Counted from the stretch's first letter, positions 28,743 to 39,600 are shown. The stretch is 64,000 nt of DNA from a virus (IMGVR_UViG_3300028591_000085:64001-128000); one strand, 5' to 3'. The notes: generated by a model not told the origin, from the sequence alone. Numbers and translations are program-made.

Positions 28743-29996
28743 TTGCGAATGAACTTCAACTTAAATAAAGATAAATTTCTCTCTATAGATGATGCTTTTT
28801 CAGTATTAAAAGAAGATAATATGAATAAAGCTGCATGTGAAATGATAGAAAAATCATTAGAGGGTTGCTTTAAAGGGAAGTTTTCCGTAAGACTTATAGA
28901 TGCTGATTCTAACTTACCACTTTTTATAATGTCTGTATTTCCTGAGATGGATACCGTAATGAAAATAATTACAGCAGTTTCATCTAATGACGAAAAGAAA
29001 GAATCTGTTGTTAGAAAATTGTGGGAACAAAATACATCTTGGATAATTGAAATAGATAAACGAATTTTAACACCTAACCTTAATTTTACTAATAGAGAGC
29101 TTACAGCTCTATTAATGCATGAGATAGGACATACAATATTCTCAAATTCGATTCCTCATAGAATAACTACAATTCTTCAATATGAGATTGCAGTTTCAAA
29201 GATGGAAGATAAAGCATTACTTAAAGATAGATTCTTTAAAAAGTTATTATCTCTTCCTGTATTAAATGCATGTATTGCGGATAACAAAAATAAAGAGTCT
29301 GTAAAAATTGAAATAAAAGCTGATAAATTTGCTCAAAAAATGGGATATACTAAAGAATTAAATTCGGTTCTTACTAAGTTAATTAAGCTCTCGAATAATT
29401 CTAATACCATGGATGAAAATATGAAACAAATGGCTAGATTCTCAATTGATACTGTTGACCAGTTAAGACAACGTCAAGATAAATTAGTTAAAAGAAATCT
29501 TTTAACTATTAGAAGAGAATGTGCTAGCCCATATATTGATGGAATCATAGACGAATTCTATTCTTCAATGTTCGAAGATCATGAAGATAGCTCAGTTACA
29601 GATGGTAAGAAGTTTAATTTCATGGTTGAACGTGCAGATAGAATTATTCAAGATGGAATAATGTCTGAAGCATTTATCTTAGGAACTAAAAAACTTAAAA
29701 GAATTGATCCTGCGATATTTGATTACATCAGGTTGAAGAAAGATAATATTCAAACCGATGGAGATAAAATGATGTTAATATCTTATATTCATAGTAAGCT
29801 TGACATAATAGAATATTATTTATCCATTTTATCAAGTCCAGTGTTATCAAAAAAATATATAGTTCCTGAAAGTGTAGAAGATTTGAATGTGATGAGGGAA
29901 ACATTAAATGTATTGAGAAATGATATTATTAATTATAGGATTCCTCAAAGAGTAAAAGGTATGTATATTGCATGGCCTGATAAATATTATGGATAA
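28743..29996 (+). CDS. Zincin-like (HExxH) virion protein
   Basis: ELTALLMHEIGH...EIKADKFA. Confidence 0.65.
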   Translation: MRMNFNLNKDKFLSIDDAFSVLKEDNMNKAACEMIEKSLEGCFKGKFSVRLIDADSNLPLFIMSVFPEMDTVMKIITAVSSNDEKKESVVRKLWEQNTSWIIEIDKRILTPNLNFTNRELTALLMHEIGHTIFSNSIPHRITTILQYEIAVSKMEDKALLKDRFFKKLLSLPVLNACIADNKNKESVKIEIKADKFAQKMGYTKELNSVLTKLIKLSNNSNTMDENMKQMARFSIDTVDQLRQRQDKLVKRNLLTIRRECASPYIDGIIDEFYSSMFEDHEDSSVTDGKKFNFMVERADRIIQDGIMSEAFILGTKKLKRIDPAIFDYIRLKKDNIQTDGDKMMLISYIHSKLDIIEYYLSILSSPVLSKKYIVPESVEDLNVMRETLNVLRNDIINYRIPQRVKGMYIAWPDKYYG

Positions 29997-30018
29997 ATTA
30001 GAAAGGAATGATTGGTAT

Positions 30019-30909
30019 ATGAATACATTATCTATGGAATATGCTGTTGATATGAAAAGAATTGATAATTTTTTTGAGACATCAATTTCAAATTATATTA
30101 ATGATTTAAACTATGCCTATTTAGTAACAGAAACTAAACATGACGACGATGAATTTAGAATGTTATATATTGAAGCTGAAGGACAATTAATTGGAAAACT
30201 TAAAAAGACATTTGAAGCAATAATTCAAGCAATAAAGTCATGTATAGAAAAAATTAGAAACGCTGCTAATACAGAAGCTCAAAAAATGAAGCTTAAGAGG
30301 ATTGCTAAGAAGATATCATCAAAAAATATCAAATATATTCGTAAAGAATATGCTAATGGTCATGTTACTAAAGATGCTAAAAGAGATGCTATTCAGAGCA
30401 CACAAGCTGATTATAAAAAATATATTGTACTTATTAATCGCGTATGTGGATTAGCGAAAGAAATAAATAAAGCTAAACCTGGTGATGATTTGAGTGAATA
30501 TGAAAAACAACTTGATGAGTGTATTCGTGTATTTAAACTTTCGATAACAGGATGCAACATAGCACTGAAGCTCAATGTTAATGAAAATGTTAATTCTATC
30601 GTTAAAGATGTAAAAGTTCTTGACGAAACACTTTTAAAGATATCAGAAGAATCAAAAAAACGTATTGAGGAAATAGAGAAATACGCAACTGAAGGTAATA
30701 GTGAAAATACTAGTCCTGAAAAAATTAGATTAATGAAACGATGTGCAACATCAATTGGAATAATTTCTAAAACAACTTCTCAGTCAATGGTAACATCTGT
30801 CAATAAACGAATTGATGTGTTGGATAAAGCAATTGATGATGCTATTGCTAATGGAGTTGAATCAGGTCTTAAACAAAAGACTGATGATATCAACGATGAT
30901 GAAGATTAA
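30019..30909 (+). CDS. Probable internal head protein (start re-called)
   Basis: GAAAGGA RBS before MNTLSMEY; xxE sites followed by amphipathic KLKKTFEAIIQAIKSCIEKI. Confidence 0.55.
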   Translation: MNTLSMEYAVDMKRIDNFFETSISNYINDLNYAYLVTETKHDDDEFRMLYIEAEGQLIGKLKKTFEAIIQAIKSCIEKIRNAANTEAQKMKLKRIAKKISSKNIKYIRKEYANGHVTKDAKRDAIQSTQADYKKYIVLINRVCGLAKEINKAKPGDDLSEYEKQLDECIRVFKLSITGCNIALKLNVNENVNSIVKDVKVLDETLLKISEESKKRIEEIEKYATEGNSENTSPEKIRLMKRCATSIGIISKTTSQSMVTSVNKRIDVLDKAIDDAIANGVESGLKQKTDDINDDED

Positions 30910-30926
30910 TATCATTTTTTAAATAT

Positions 30927-30972
30927 AATATAAGCACTATATGCAGTATTGGCATATAGTGCTTATATTTTT
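30927..30972. terminator. Intrinsic terminator
   Basis: AATATAAGCACTATATGC...GCATATAGTGCTTATATTTTT. Confidence 0.8.
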
Positions 30973-31022
30973 ATAGGATAAACTCATTTATAAATTATAA
31001 ATGAAAAGAGGCTGAAAGTATC

Positions 31023-31922
31023 ATGACTGATAATAAATTTTTTGAACGGATTTATTATACTTTACAAGATGAAGGATTAAATAGAGAAAGTGCACTTCAA
31101 ATTTTAAATACAGATGATAAAGTTTTAAAATATTTCAATGCTAAAACTTTTCCAAGTATTGATAATCATAGCAATAAAACAAAAACAGAATTAATATTTT
31201 CTGAATGTAAAAAAAATATATGGTTTTTCTTTAGAGAAATTATTAGAATACCAGTTCCTGGACAACCTCATGCATATGATTCATCAATGTATTTTCCATT
31301 GAATATGACATCTTTAAAAATGATATGGTGTTATAAACACCATATTCCGTTTTTTGTATGTACTAATGGAAATGACTATATTAGAGATATAACTTTAAAA
31401 TTATTATGGGTTTATGATTATATAACTAAAATATCAAATGATAAAGCTTCGTTTTCTATATTATTTACAAATGATAATGATATTAATCTATTTATATCTC
31501 AACTATATGAAATTATTGCAATTAACTCAGAAATATTACCTAGTTTATTTTCATTAGATGTAAATAATATTAAAGAACGAATACAAACTGCAAATAATCA
31601 AATACTTGAATCAAAAATAACAAACGATGTTATATTTGGTTTTAATATGCATAATTATTCTGATATATTCAATATTTTTAAGTTAAACCGAGATTATGAA
31701 AAAAAATCATTTTTTGTATTAGAAGGAGATTATAATAAAATTATAAATAATGATTTACGTATATATCTTTCATCGTTAATGACTAAAATGAAATTATCAT
31801 ATTTAGAATTAAGCGATGAGGATATTTCAGTTTTACAAACTATGATGCTTTATATATACGACGATGAATATTCGCTGGGGTATGATGCAAGATCAATAGA
31901 ATATCGAAAAAAGATATTATAA
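31023..31922 (+). CDS. Degenerate paralog of the terminase N-terminal/ATPase region
   Basis: ECKKNIWFFFREIIRIP versus terminase ECMRNPWYYLRELCRIP; no Walker A. Confidence 0.6.
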   Translation: MTDNKFFERIYYTLQDEGLNRESALQILNTDDKVLKYFNAKTFPSIDNHSNKTKTELIFSECKKNIWFFFREIIRIPVPGQPHAYDSSMYFPLNMTSLKMIWCYKHHIPFFVCTNGNDYIRDITLKLLWVYDYITKISNDKASFSILFTNDNDINLFISQLYEIIAINSEILPSLFSLDVNNIKERIQTANNQILESKITNDVIFGFNMHNYSDIFNIFKLNRDYEKKSFFVLEGDYNKIINNDLRIYLSSLMTKMKLSYLELSDEDISVLQTMMLYIYDDEYSLGYDARSIEYRKKIL

Positions 31923-31944
31923 AAATGAAGGGAGGTTAAATATA

Positions 31945-34068
31945 TTGAAAGGACGAATTGCCCGTATCAATAATCATTTAATTGATTTAGGGACTTACAA
32001 TAAATCATTTCTACAAGTTGCTCAAGACCTAAAAACATTAGGTTTAAAAAATTGGTATTTTATGTTAGAAATATATGATTATAGCTTGGTTAACATTGAT
32101 CCGTATGCACTAGATTCTAATGGACATGCGTCATTATCTCAAGATCAGGTTACTAGAATAATGACTGAATGTATGAGAAATCCGTGGTATTATTTGCGAG
32201 AACTTTGCAGAATTCCTGATCCTGGTGGAACTGCTGTACCGTATATTGCAAATCGTGGGAATATTGCTCAAGCTTGGTGTATTTTTCATGGTTTAGATTC
32301 GTGGTTATGTCTACCGCGTCAGCAAGGAAAGACTCAATCAGCAATTGCAGCTCAAGCATGGATGTATTCATTCGGTACAAGCCAATCACAATTTATATTT
32401 ATAAATAAAAGTGGTGACGACTCTAAAACTAATCTTCGTAGACTTAGGGAACAAATCAAATTCTTACCAGAATATTTAAGATTTGAATCATTTGTAGATG
32501 AAGATGGTAAAGTTACTAAAGCTACACAAAACGCAACTTTAATTCGTCATCCAGTTAATGGAAATTCTATAATAACCCGTTCTAAAGCTACATCTTATGA
32601 TATGGCGTTATCATTAGCTCGTGGTCTTACAGCACCCATTCAGCATTTTGATGAAGCTGAATTTACCAATTTTATTAAAACGATAGTTTCTAACTCAGTA
32701 TCAACATATGAAACTGCTGCATCTAGAGCTAAAGCTAATGGTGCTATGTACGGTCGAATCTTTACATGTACTCCCGGAGATCTTGATTCAAAGCCTGGAC
32801 AAGAAGCACAAGAAATTTTAGATAAAACTGCTAAGTGGACTGAAAAACTTTACGATATGACTCAAGAAGAAATACAAATGTATTTAAATTCTCAGGGTAA
32901 AGATTGTAATAAAATATTATATATAGAGTACAGCTATAGTCAAATAGGTAAGACAGAAGCTTGGCTTAGAGATATATCTGCTAAAATAGGTGATACATTA
33001 GTAGTAAGACGTGAGATTTTATTACAGAGATTACACGGTTCTTCTCTTTCTCCGTTTGATCAAGAGGATATTGAATACATTGTAGAAATAGGTAAGAAAC
33101 CCATTGACGAATTATGGATAATGGAATATTATAAATTTGACGTTTATAAGAAATTAAACCCTAGAACCCCATACATAATAGGGGTTGACTGTTCAACAGG
33201 TACTAATGGAGATAATAATGCAATTACAATATTAAATCCATATACATTAGAACCTGATGCAGAATTTGAATGTTCATATATAGGAGAAACACTGTTTGAA
33301 AGATTATTAACAATGCTTGTTACAGAAATTCTTCCCAGAGGAGTATTATGTATAGAGCGTAATAGTGTTGGTGATAGTATCATCGATCATTTAATGAATG
33401 GACCTGCAAGAGATAGATTGTATTTCGATAAAGCAAAAGATTTAGTAGAAAATAATTCTACTGCTATGGGTACGATTGAATCTGTATTAAAACGACAAGC
33501 TAGTATAAAATCGTACTATGGAGTTTATACTAGCCCTAAATCTCGTGATGATATGGTTGCAATTCTTGCAAGACATGTTAATGAATATAAAGATAAATTT
33601 GTAACTAAGAATATTATACGTGATTTATCTCGTTTAGTAAGAACTTCTTCTGGTAAAATTGAAGCAGGCCCTGGTTTCCATGACGATAGTATAATGTCAT
33701 ATTTGATAGCATTGTATGTTTATTATCATGGTAATAATCTCGCAGTATTTGGCATTATAAAAGGTATACAGGAAGATACTGAAAAAAATAAAGGATTAAA
33801 ACGTGCTGATGAAATAGACCCAACTTTAGTCAGTCCTGATTTAATCGCTGCTGTAAAGAATCAAGAGATGCTAGAAGCTCAACAAAATGAATGGGCTAAC
33901 CTTATGAGAAAAGCAACAATTCAAGCACAGAAGGATACTTATAGACTTCAAAAAGCGGGTGAAGTGCAAAACACTATATTTGAACATACACCTGGTGCCG
34001 TAATAGAAGATATAGAAGATGACGGTCATGTGGATTTATCTATTTTTAATAATCTTAACGGATTTTGA
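31945..34068 (+). CDS. terL: Terminase large subunit
   Basis: Walker A PRQQGKT, Walker B QHFDEAEF, motif III TCTP, nuclease GVDCSTG and HDDSIMS. Confidence 0.92.
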   Translation: MKGRIARINNHLIDLGTYNKSFLQVAQDLKTLGLKNWYFMLEIYDYSLVNIDPYALDSNGHASLSQDQVTRIMTECMRNPWYYLRELCRIPDPGGTAVPYIANRGNIAQAWCIFHGLDSWLCLPRQQGKTQSAIAAQAWMYSFGTSQSQFIFINKSGDDSKTNLRRLREQIKFLPEYLRFESFVDEDGKVTKATQNATLIRHPVNGNSIITRSKATSYDMALSLARGLTAPIQHFDEAEFTNFIKTIVSNSVSTYETAASRAKANGAMYGRIFTCTPGDLDSKPGQEAQEILDKTAKWTEKLYDMTQEEIQMYLNSQGKDCNKILYIEYSYSQIGKTEAWLRDISAKIGDTLVVRREILLQRLHGSSLSPFDQEDIEYIVEIGKKPIDELWIMEYYKFDVYKKLNPRTPYIIGVDCSTGTNGDNNAITILNPYTLEPDAEFECSYIGETLFERLLTMLVTEILPRGVLCIERNSVGDSIIDHLMNGPARDRLYFDKAKDLVENNSTAMGTIESVLKRQASIKSYYGVYTSPKSRDDMVAILARHVNEYKDKFVTKNIIRDLSRLVRTSSGKIEAGPGFHDDSIMSYLIALYVYYHGNNLAVFGIIKGIQEDTEKNKGLKRADEIDPTLVSPDLIAAVKNQEMLEAQQNEWANLMRKATIQAQKDTYRLQKAGEVQNTIFEHTPGAVIEDIEDDGHVDLSIFNNLNGF

Positions 34069-34073
34069 TAAAA

Positions 34074-34106
34074 AAAGAAGACTTACCTTTATGGTAAGTC
34101 TTCTTT
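34074..34106. terminator. Bidirectional terminator
   Basis: AAAGAAGACTTACC-TTTAT-GGTAAGTCTTCTTT. Confidence 0.85.
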
Positions 34107-34144
34107 CTTTTAATTTGACTAATAACAACTCATCTTGTTTGTTA

Positions 34145-34186
34145 TTAGTCATCCCACTCGATGATTACAGTATCATTAGTATCCAT
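34145..34186 (-). CDS. 13-aa micropeptide MDTNDTVIIEWDD
   Basis: AAGGAGGT RBS, CGTA-N18-ATATATTAT promoter (34237-34267) and downstream terminator. Confidence 0.55.
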   Translation of the reverse strand: MDTNDTVIIEWDD

Positions 34187-34324
34187 TATAACACCTCCTT
34201 TCTAGATACTTATATGTCATCGAGCTTATCATATAAATAATATATAATCTATATATTTAAAAATACGTTTTTATATTAGATACAACTGTTATTATAAAAA
34301 ATATATAGTAAAGGAGTCAGTGCT

Positions 34325-35659
34325 ATGACAAATAAAGATTATGAAGTTTCTAATGAAACCTTGGAGTATTCACCCACTGAAAATAGTGAGCCTATATTGG
34401 ATCCTCCTGGACAGATAACTGAAATTTCTGAAGAAATTCCTGATGAACATAATGGAACTAGCGATTATAAATTTATAATCGATATGCTAAAAGAAATGGA
34501 AGAACAGTATAAGTTCCTTAAAGATATTGCAATAACACAGGCAGAGGTTAATTTTAATTTAACTAAGGAAGTTTATACTGGAATAATTCCAATTACAAAA
34601 GCCGACATTAAAACTATGTCAATCGATGATATGAAAGCATTCCTCTCAAAATATCTTATCGAAGATCAGGTATTACCGGTTGATACTGATGATGATATTA
34701 AAGATATGATGAATCAGCTGAAAGATACGTCACTTCAGTTGTTGACATCTAAAAAAGATATTGATGAGATTAAAAGTGAATCTAGTAATATGATGAAAGA
34801 TTATTTTAATTACCTTTCATCTCCTGCAATCCAGGAAAAGCGAGAAAGACAGCTTGCAGCCTTAAAAGATGCAGTTGAAAAAACTGACGATGAGGTTAAG
34901 AAAGCATCTATGATAAGAATGATACATACAATGGAAGATGCGTATTCTTTTGCATTCTTATTCGAGAGATTTAATGCTTTTGGTGACAAAGAGATTAAAT
35001 CTATCGTGGGAAGCTTCTTTGATACTCGAAAGGGTGCATTAGTTGTCGACAGATTCAAGTCTAAAATTAAAAAGTTTGGATTTGATTCAATGCTATATAG
35101 GTACTTCTTTAACTTAGAAGAAAATTTCCTTGATGAGCAGTACCATGCTTTCAATAATTTATTCTTGTTTATTTATATGAGATTTGTTTCACATGCTGAT
35201 CCTTATAATAAAAAGGATGTTATGTTTGTACAATCAGTAACATCAGCTTTAGCAAATCTTGTATATCACAAGTTTAATTCTATAGAGAGTGAAGATAAAT
35301 TTAAAGAGATAATCCTTAGAGTTGTGGATAAATTCATGGAGTATCACGATAAATTTGAAAAGGATAATACTACACATCCTAATCATCCTACAAGAATTGA
35401 GATTGATAACAAGAAACAAAAGGAAAGACGTGAGTCTCTCATAGCTAAGATGAATGAACTTAATATTACTGGGTATGATGAGAATGCTTCTGCTGATGAA
35501 CTTCAGGAGTATTTAAATAATTCCCTCGATTCAATGATTAATTCTCAAATCGAAGCTAATAAGGAAGATGAAGATCAACCTGAAATTATTGAAGAACCTG
35601 CGGGAGATTCTTCTGATGAAAACACCGTTATTGACGTAGTTCCTGTTGAAGATGAATAA
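34325..35659 (+). CDS. Hypothetical acidic protein
   Basis: 444 aa with RBS. Confidence 0.75.
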   Translation: MTNKDYEVSNETLEYSPTENSEPILDPPGQITEISEEIPDEHNGTSDYKFIIDMLKEMEEQYKFLKDIAITQAEVNFNLTKEVYTGIIPITKADIKTMSIDDMKAFLSKYLIEDQVLPVDTDDDIKDMMNQLKDTSLQLLTSKKDIDEIKSESSNMMKDYFNYLSSPAIQEKRERQLAALKDAVEKTDDEVKKASMIRMIHTMEDAYSFAFLFERFNAFGDKEIKSIVGSFFDTRKGALVVDRFKSKIKKFGFDSMLYRYFFNLEENFLDEQYHAFNNLFLFIYMRFVSHADPYNKKDVMFVQSVTSALANLVYHKFNSIESEDKFKEIILRVVDKFMEYHDKFEKDNTTHPNHPTRIEIDNKKQKERRESLIAKMNELNITGYDENASADELQEYLNNSLDSMINSQIEANKEDEDQPEIIEEPAGDSSDENTVIDVVPVEDE

Positions 35660-35678
35660 TTAAACATTTTTATACATA

Positions 35679-35723
35679 AAAAAGTGTATGAACTTAATGC
35701 ATTAAGTTCATACACTTTTTTTT
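35679..35723. terminator. Perfect-palindrome terminator
   Basis: AAAAAGTGTATGAACTTAATG|CATTAAGTTCATACACTTTTT. Confidence 0.8.
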
Positions 35724-35790
35724 ATTGTTTACGAATTATTAGAAAAAACAAACACATAATAAATTTAATGAAGGGGGGTATAACATTGTA

Positions 35791-36516
35791 ATGGCTTATT
35801 TCAAATCGGATGGTAAATATATTTATCTTGAAAAACCCTATTGTGAATTTTATATTCCTATGTCTTTTTTTGAAAATGGTGGATTTGCAGAAGACCAGGG
35901 TCAAATGATTAAGGTATTAGGAATATTTAATATAGGTTTTTTTGAGAATGGTGAATTAAAAGAAACCAAAGTTTTAAATTTACCAACGTTTATAAATGTA
36001 TTAGTATATGATTATGAAATCAGGCGTGTTCAATTACCTGGTGAGTTAGAACCTATTCCTTGTAAAGTGTTAAAATATTTTGAGGGTAATTCTGTAATGG
36101 AGAGTGTTGTGATAGAGGACTCCTCTAATGCAGAGTTATATTTGAAATTTGTATTACAGGGTAAAATTCCTATGTCAGTACCATATGATAAATCCATAAT
36201 TTTATGGAGAAAAAATCAAAAATTAAATGGAATGAGTTTAGGAGTTCCTTCAGTAATTGAGGAGTTAATCCTATCCGCTGCATACAGAGATAAAAACAAC
36301 CCTGCGTTGAAATTTGCATACATTGTAGGTCGAAAACCTGATACATCTATGTACGATTATAAAATGGCATCTGTAAGACAGATTTGCCAATATACATCAA
36401 CGTTTACAGCAATAACATTTGAAGATATAGACAGTATGATTACTGCATCATTAAATCGCGGAAGAGACAAAATTCATGAAGCTCAGTCTCCAATTGAACA
36501 AATTATTAAGTTGTAA
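35791..36516 (+). CDS. Phage multisubunit RNA polymerase, beta' C-terminal fragment
   Basis: IEELILSAAYRD resembles beta' HIEVIVRQM; TSTFTAITFEDIDSMITASLNRG resembles SFISAASFQETTRVLTEAA; late promoter at 35747. Confidence 0.65.
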   Translation: MAYFKSDGKYIYLEKPYCEFYIPMSFFENGGFAEDQGQMIKVLGIFNIGFFENGELKETKVLNLPTFINVLVYDYEIRRVQLPGELEPIPCKVLKYFEGNSVMESVVIEDSSNAELYLKFVLQGKIPMSVPYDKSIILWRKNQKLNGMSLGVPSVIEELILSAAYRDKNNPALKFAYIVGRKPDTSMYDYKMASVRQICQYTSTFTAITFEDIDSMITASLNRGRDKIHEAQSPIEQIIKL

Positions 36517-36556
36517 AATTACTCTTTTCTTATACAGAAAAGTGTTAATTTGTTTT

Positions 36557-36569
36557 AACAAATATATAA
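36557..36569 (+). promoter_or_regulatory. Late promoter AACA-N6-TAA
   Basis: AACA-AATATA-TAA upstream of the sheath gene. Confidence 0.65.
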
Positions 36570-36637
36570 AATCTATAGATAATATAGAGTTACTTTTTTA
36601 AAAACCTATACTAATTTTATAAAGGAGGGTTTAATAT

Positions 36638-39600
36638 ATGCCGCAATCTATACAAATTGTACCTAAGTGGTCGTATCCTTACGTAGAGACAATTATAAAC
36701 GATTATTCACAGGTTGTTGACAAGACTCAAGTATATCCTATTGATCCTGTCGTAACTTATGCATTCCCGTTTGTGTCTCCTAAGGGTGTCGATAATACAT
36801 TTGTAAGGAAATACAGTGTAAGTAGATTTGAAGCTACTTTCGGCAAATCAAATTATAAGAAATATGGTCAACCTCTGATGATGCCTTATGCAGTACTTAA
36901 TAATCCTAATGTATATGTATGGGGTATGCGTGTAATGCCTGTTAATGCAGCTTACTCGAATAATCTTATCACTCTTAAGTATAGAATTGATAAGAAATAT
37001 GATGGGGTTGATCCTAGTCAGAGAAAATTCAGAATTAATTTCACACAGAGAGCACTTGAGGATGTTAATACCAATAAGGAATTTATTGACGTCGCATATG
37101 CTATCTATAAGGATCCTAGCAGAACGCATTTACAGGATGACTTCGACAACCCGCCTGTAGTTGGTGAGTATACTCTTACTCAGTACATTTACATGGCTGG
37201 AAAGGATAATCCTGATGCAATTCGTGAAGCTTTAAAGGATCCTGATGTTAAAATGGTAGTTGATGATTCAGTTGAGAATCTTGATGATAGTCAGGTTCAC
37301 TATTCTGATGTTATTGCTACCGTATATTCTAAGAATGAGTTCGAACTTGTTACTTTACAGAGAGAAGTTGATGAATATAGGAAAGAGCATGAAGGTAACA
37401 TGACTCCCGAAAACATCAACAAGGCTCTGTCAGATAAGCTTGACAGGATTGATGAACTCACTCCTATAGTTGAAAAATATCGCCTTAATGTTGATCCTGA
37501 CGAAGTTGAAAATACCCTGGAGGTTCAGGCTATTAGAAACATTGAAGTCGGAGATTATGTAAAGGCATACGATTGGAAGATTGCTCCGTTAATGGGTGTT
37601 AGATCTGCTGGTCGTGGTGTTTATGGCGATAATTATCGTATAAGAATTAGTCCTAATACTAATTATGAGAAAGAGTATGGTATTAAGATGTTTGACTTCC
37701 AGATTCTTTCTATGGAAGAGGGGCTTCAGACTATAGCATCTTATACTGGTGCACTTTCTTCATCCGATAAGTACGAATCTATCACTCTCATTAACGACAT
37801 TCTTGAGAATGCTGATGAAGGTGATGTTCCTGTATACGTATATGTATCAGAAGAGAATCTTAAGGTTGTTTACGATGAGTACGTTTCATTCCTTAAGGAA
37901 CTCCATCCTGATCTTATCGATGAGAGAGATTATAAGCTTGACAGATATACTGAGGCTTTTCGTATCAATAAGGGTCTTGATGTAGCAACTGCTCAGCTCC
38001 AGATGGATAAGATGATTAAGGGTAAGCAGAGAGCTTATTCTACTGATAGAATCGTTATCGATGACGATGAAGCTTCTAAGTATTTTACTCTCGCTACAAT
38101 GAATGATTTCAGAGCTCTTGAAATCGTTGAGGATAATCGTCTGTATTACGATAATACAACGATGGTAAAACTCTCAGAGGTTCAGGGTAAGATTCCTAAT
38201 TACATCCATGTATCTTCTAAGGCAGAAGGTGCTCGCTTAGTAGTAAGCAATGAGTTCCCCGCTCAGAGCTTTAGAGAGAACAAGATGATTAGAATTGGCT
38301 CTATTGATACTTCTGATAGACCGGTTTCTATCAACGATTATGTTGCTAAGACTGGTGTTGGTAACTTTGTAGTTAGAGGCATTGTTAAGTCTACTTTAGA
38401 GATGGTAAACGAGATCAAGAATCTCAATAATTTAATCAACGCTACGCTTGACAAGAATATTGTTGATTTCGATCAGTTTGACCCGCTCTATGCACAAAAA
38501 GTTGCTTCTTCTGCACTTATTCCTTGTATCTCATTCAGCGATGGAGTAACCACTAATGGTTCTATTCCGATATTCGCAGAGACTTCCGGAATTGCTCTGA
38601 AGAAGGGTAGTGATGGTTACTTTGCTGATCCTCGTTATGTTGAAATCCTTGAGGATGGTGACACTAACGAGCCGTCGATTGTATATCCGTATAAATGGAC
38701 TCATCCGGTAACCACAATGATCGCTCCTGAGCGTATCAAGGTTATCAGATATGAGAAGATTGAATATAGTGTTGTAGATACCAAGAATGTCGATGATAAG
38801 GGTAATCCTGTTGAGAATGGTGTATCTTATCTTGAAATTATTGATAACAATGCTGAAGATAGCAAGAAGGGCCAGATTATGCTGGACGAAGCTAAGGCTA
38901 TGTTAGAGTCTCAGGGTGTTGATCCTGATACTGCAGAAGCTGGCAAGTTCCTCAAGAGTACTCCTGTATACTTCGAGCAAGTTACCAAGAATGAGTATAC
39001 GTTATATGATAGAATGTATACTGGTGGTAAGAATAAACTTCAGGTTATTGACAATGATGATACCAAGAACTATGATATCCAGACTCAAGTTGAGAAGCGT
39101 GATGTTATAGAAGGTCTCAATCTTAAATATACTGAATGTTTAGAAACCGATACAGATACTGGAAAACTTTTAATTGTTCAAGCGGATGCTGAAGATTTCA
39201 ACGAGAGATCTCAGATTAAGGAAAATGATGCGACTCTGATTGCTGATTTATCTGCTGATGGTAAGACTCCTACTGTTGGTAAATTCGTTCGCAAGTGCAA
39301 TTATATGAGATGTGACTCTAGGAGAGATGGTGCTATTGAAGTAATCTCAGAAGAGACTACAGATACAGTTCCTGCTAATAAGATAAAAGAGAATGCTCCC
39401 GGTTTAAGGAGAGACATTCCTGATATCAAGGTTGGTGAACATGTACTTAGAGTTATGAAATCAAGTATCTATGTTGATGACGAAGATCCGTTATATGTAA
39501 TCAAGAAAGTTAACAGTGTACCTGTTCACTATAGAGAGTATACCATTGTATCTGCTGATACTGCTGGTGCTCTTAAGGTAGTTGCTGATGCTGATTTCGT

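Noticed and set aside
31023-34068. Terminase split by an intron or frameshift
   Set aside because: terL is complete on its own; the upstream ORF duplicates rather than complements its N-terminus
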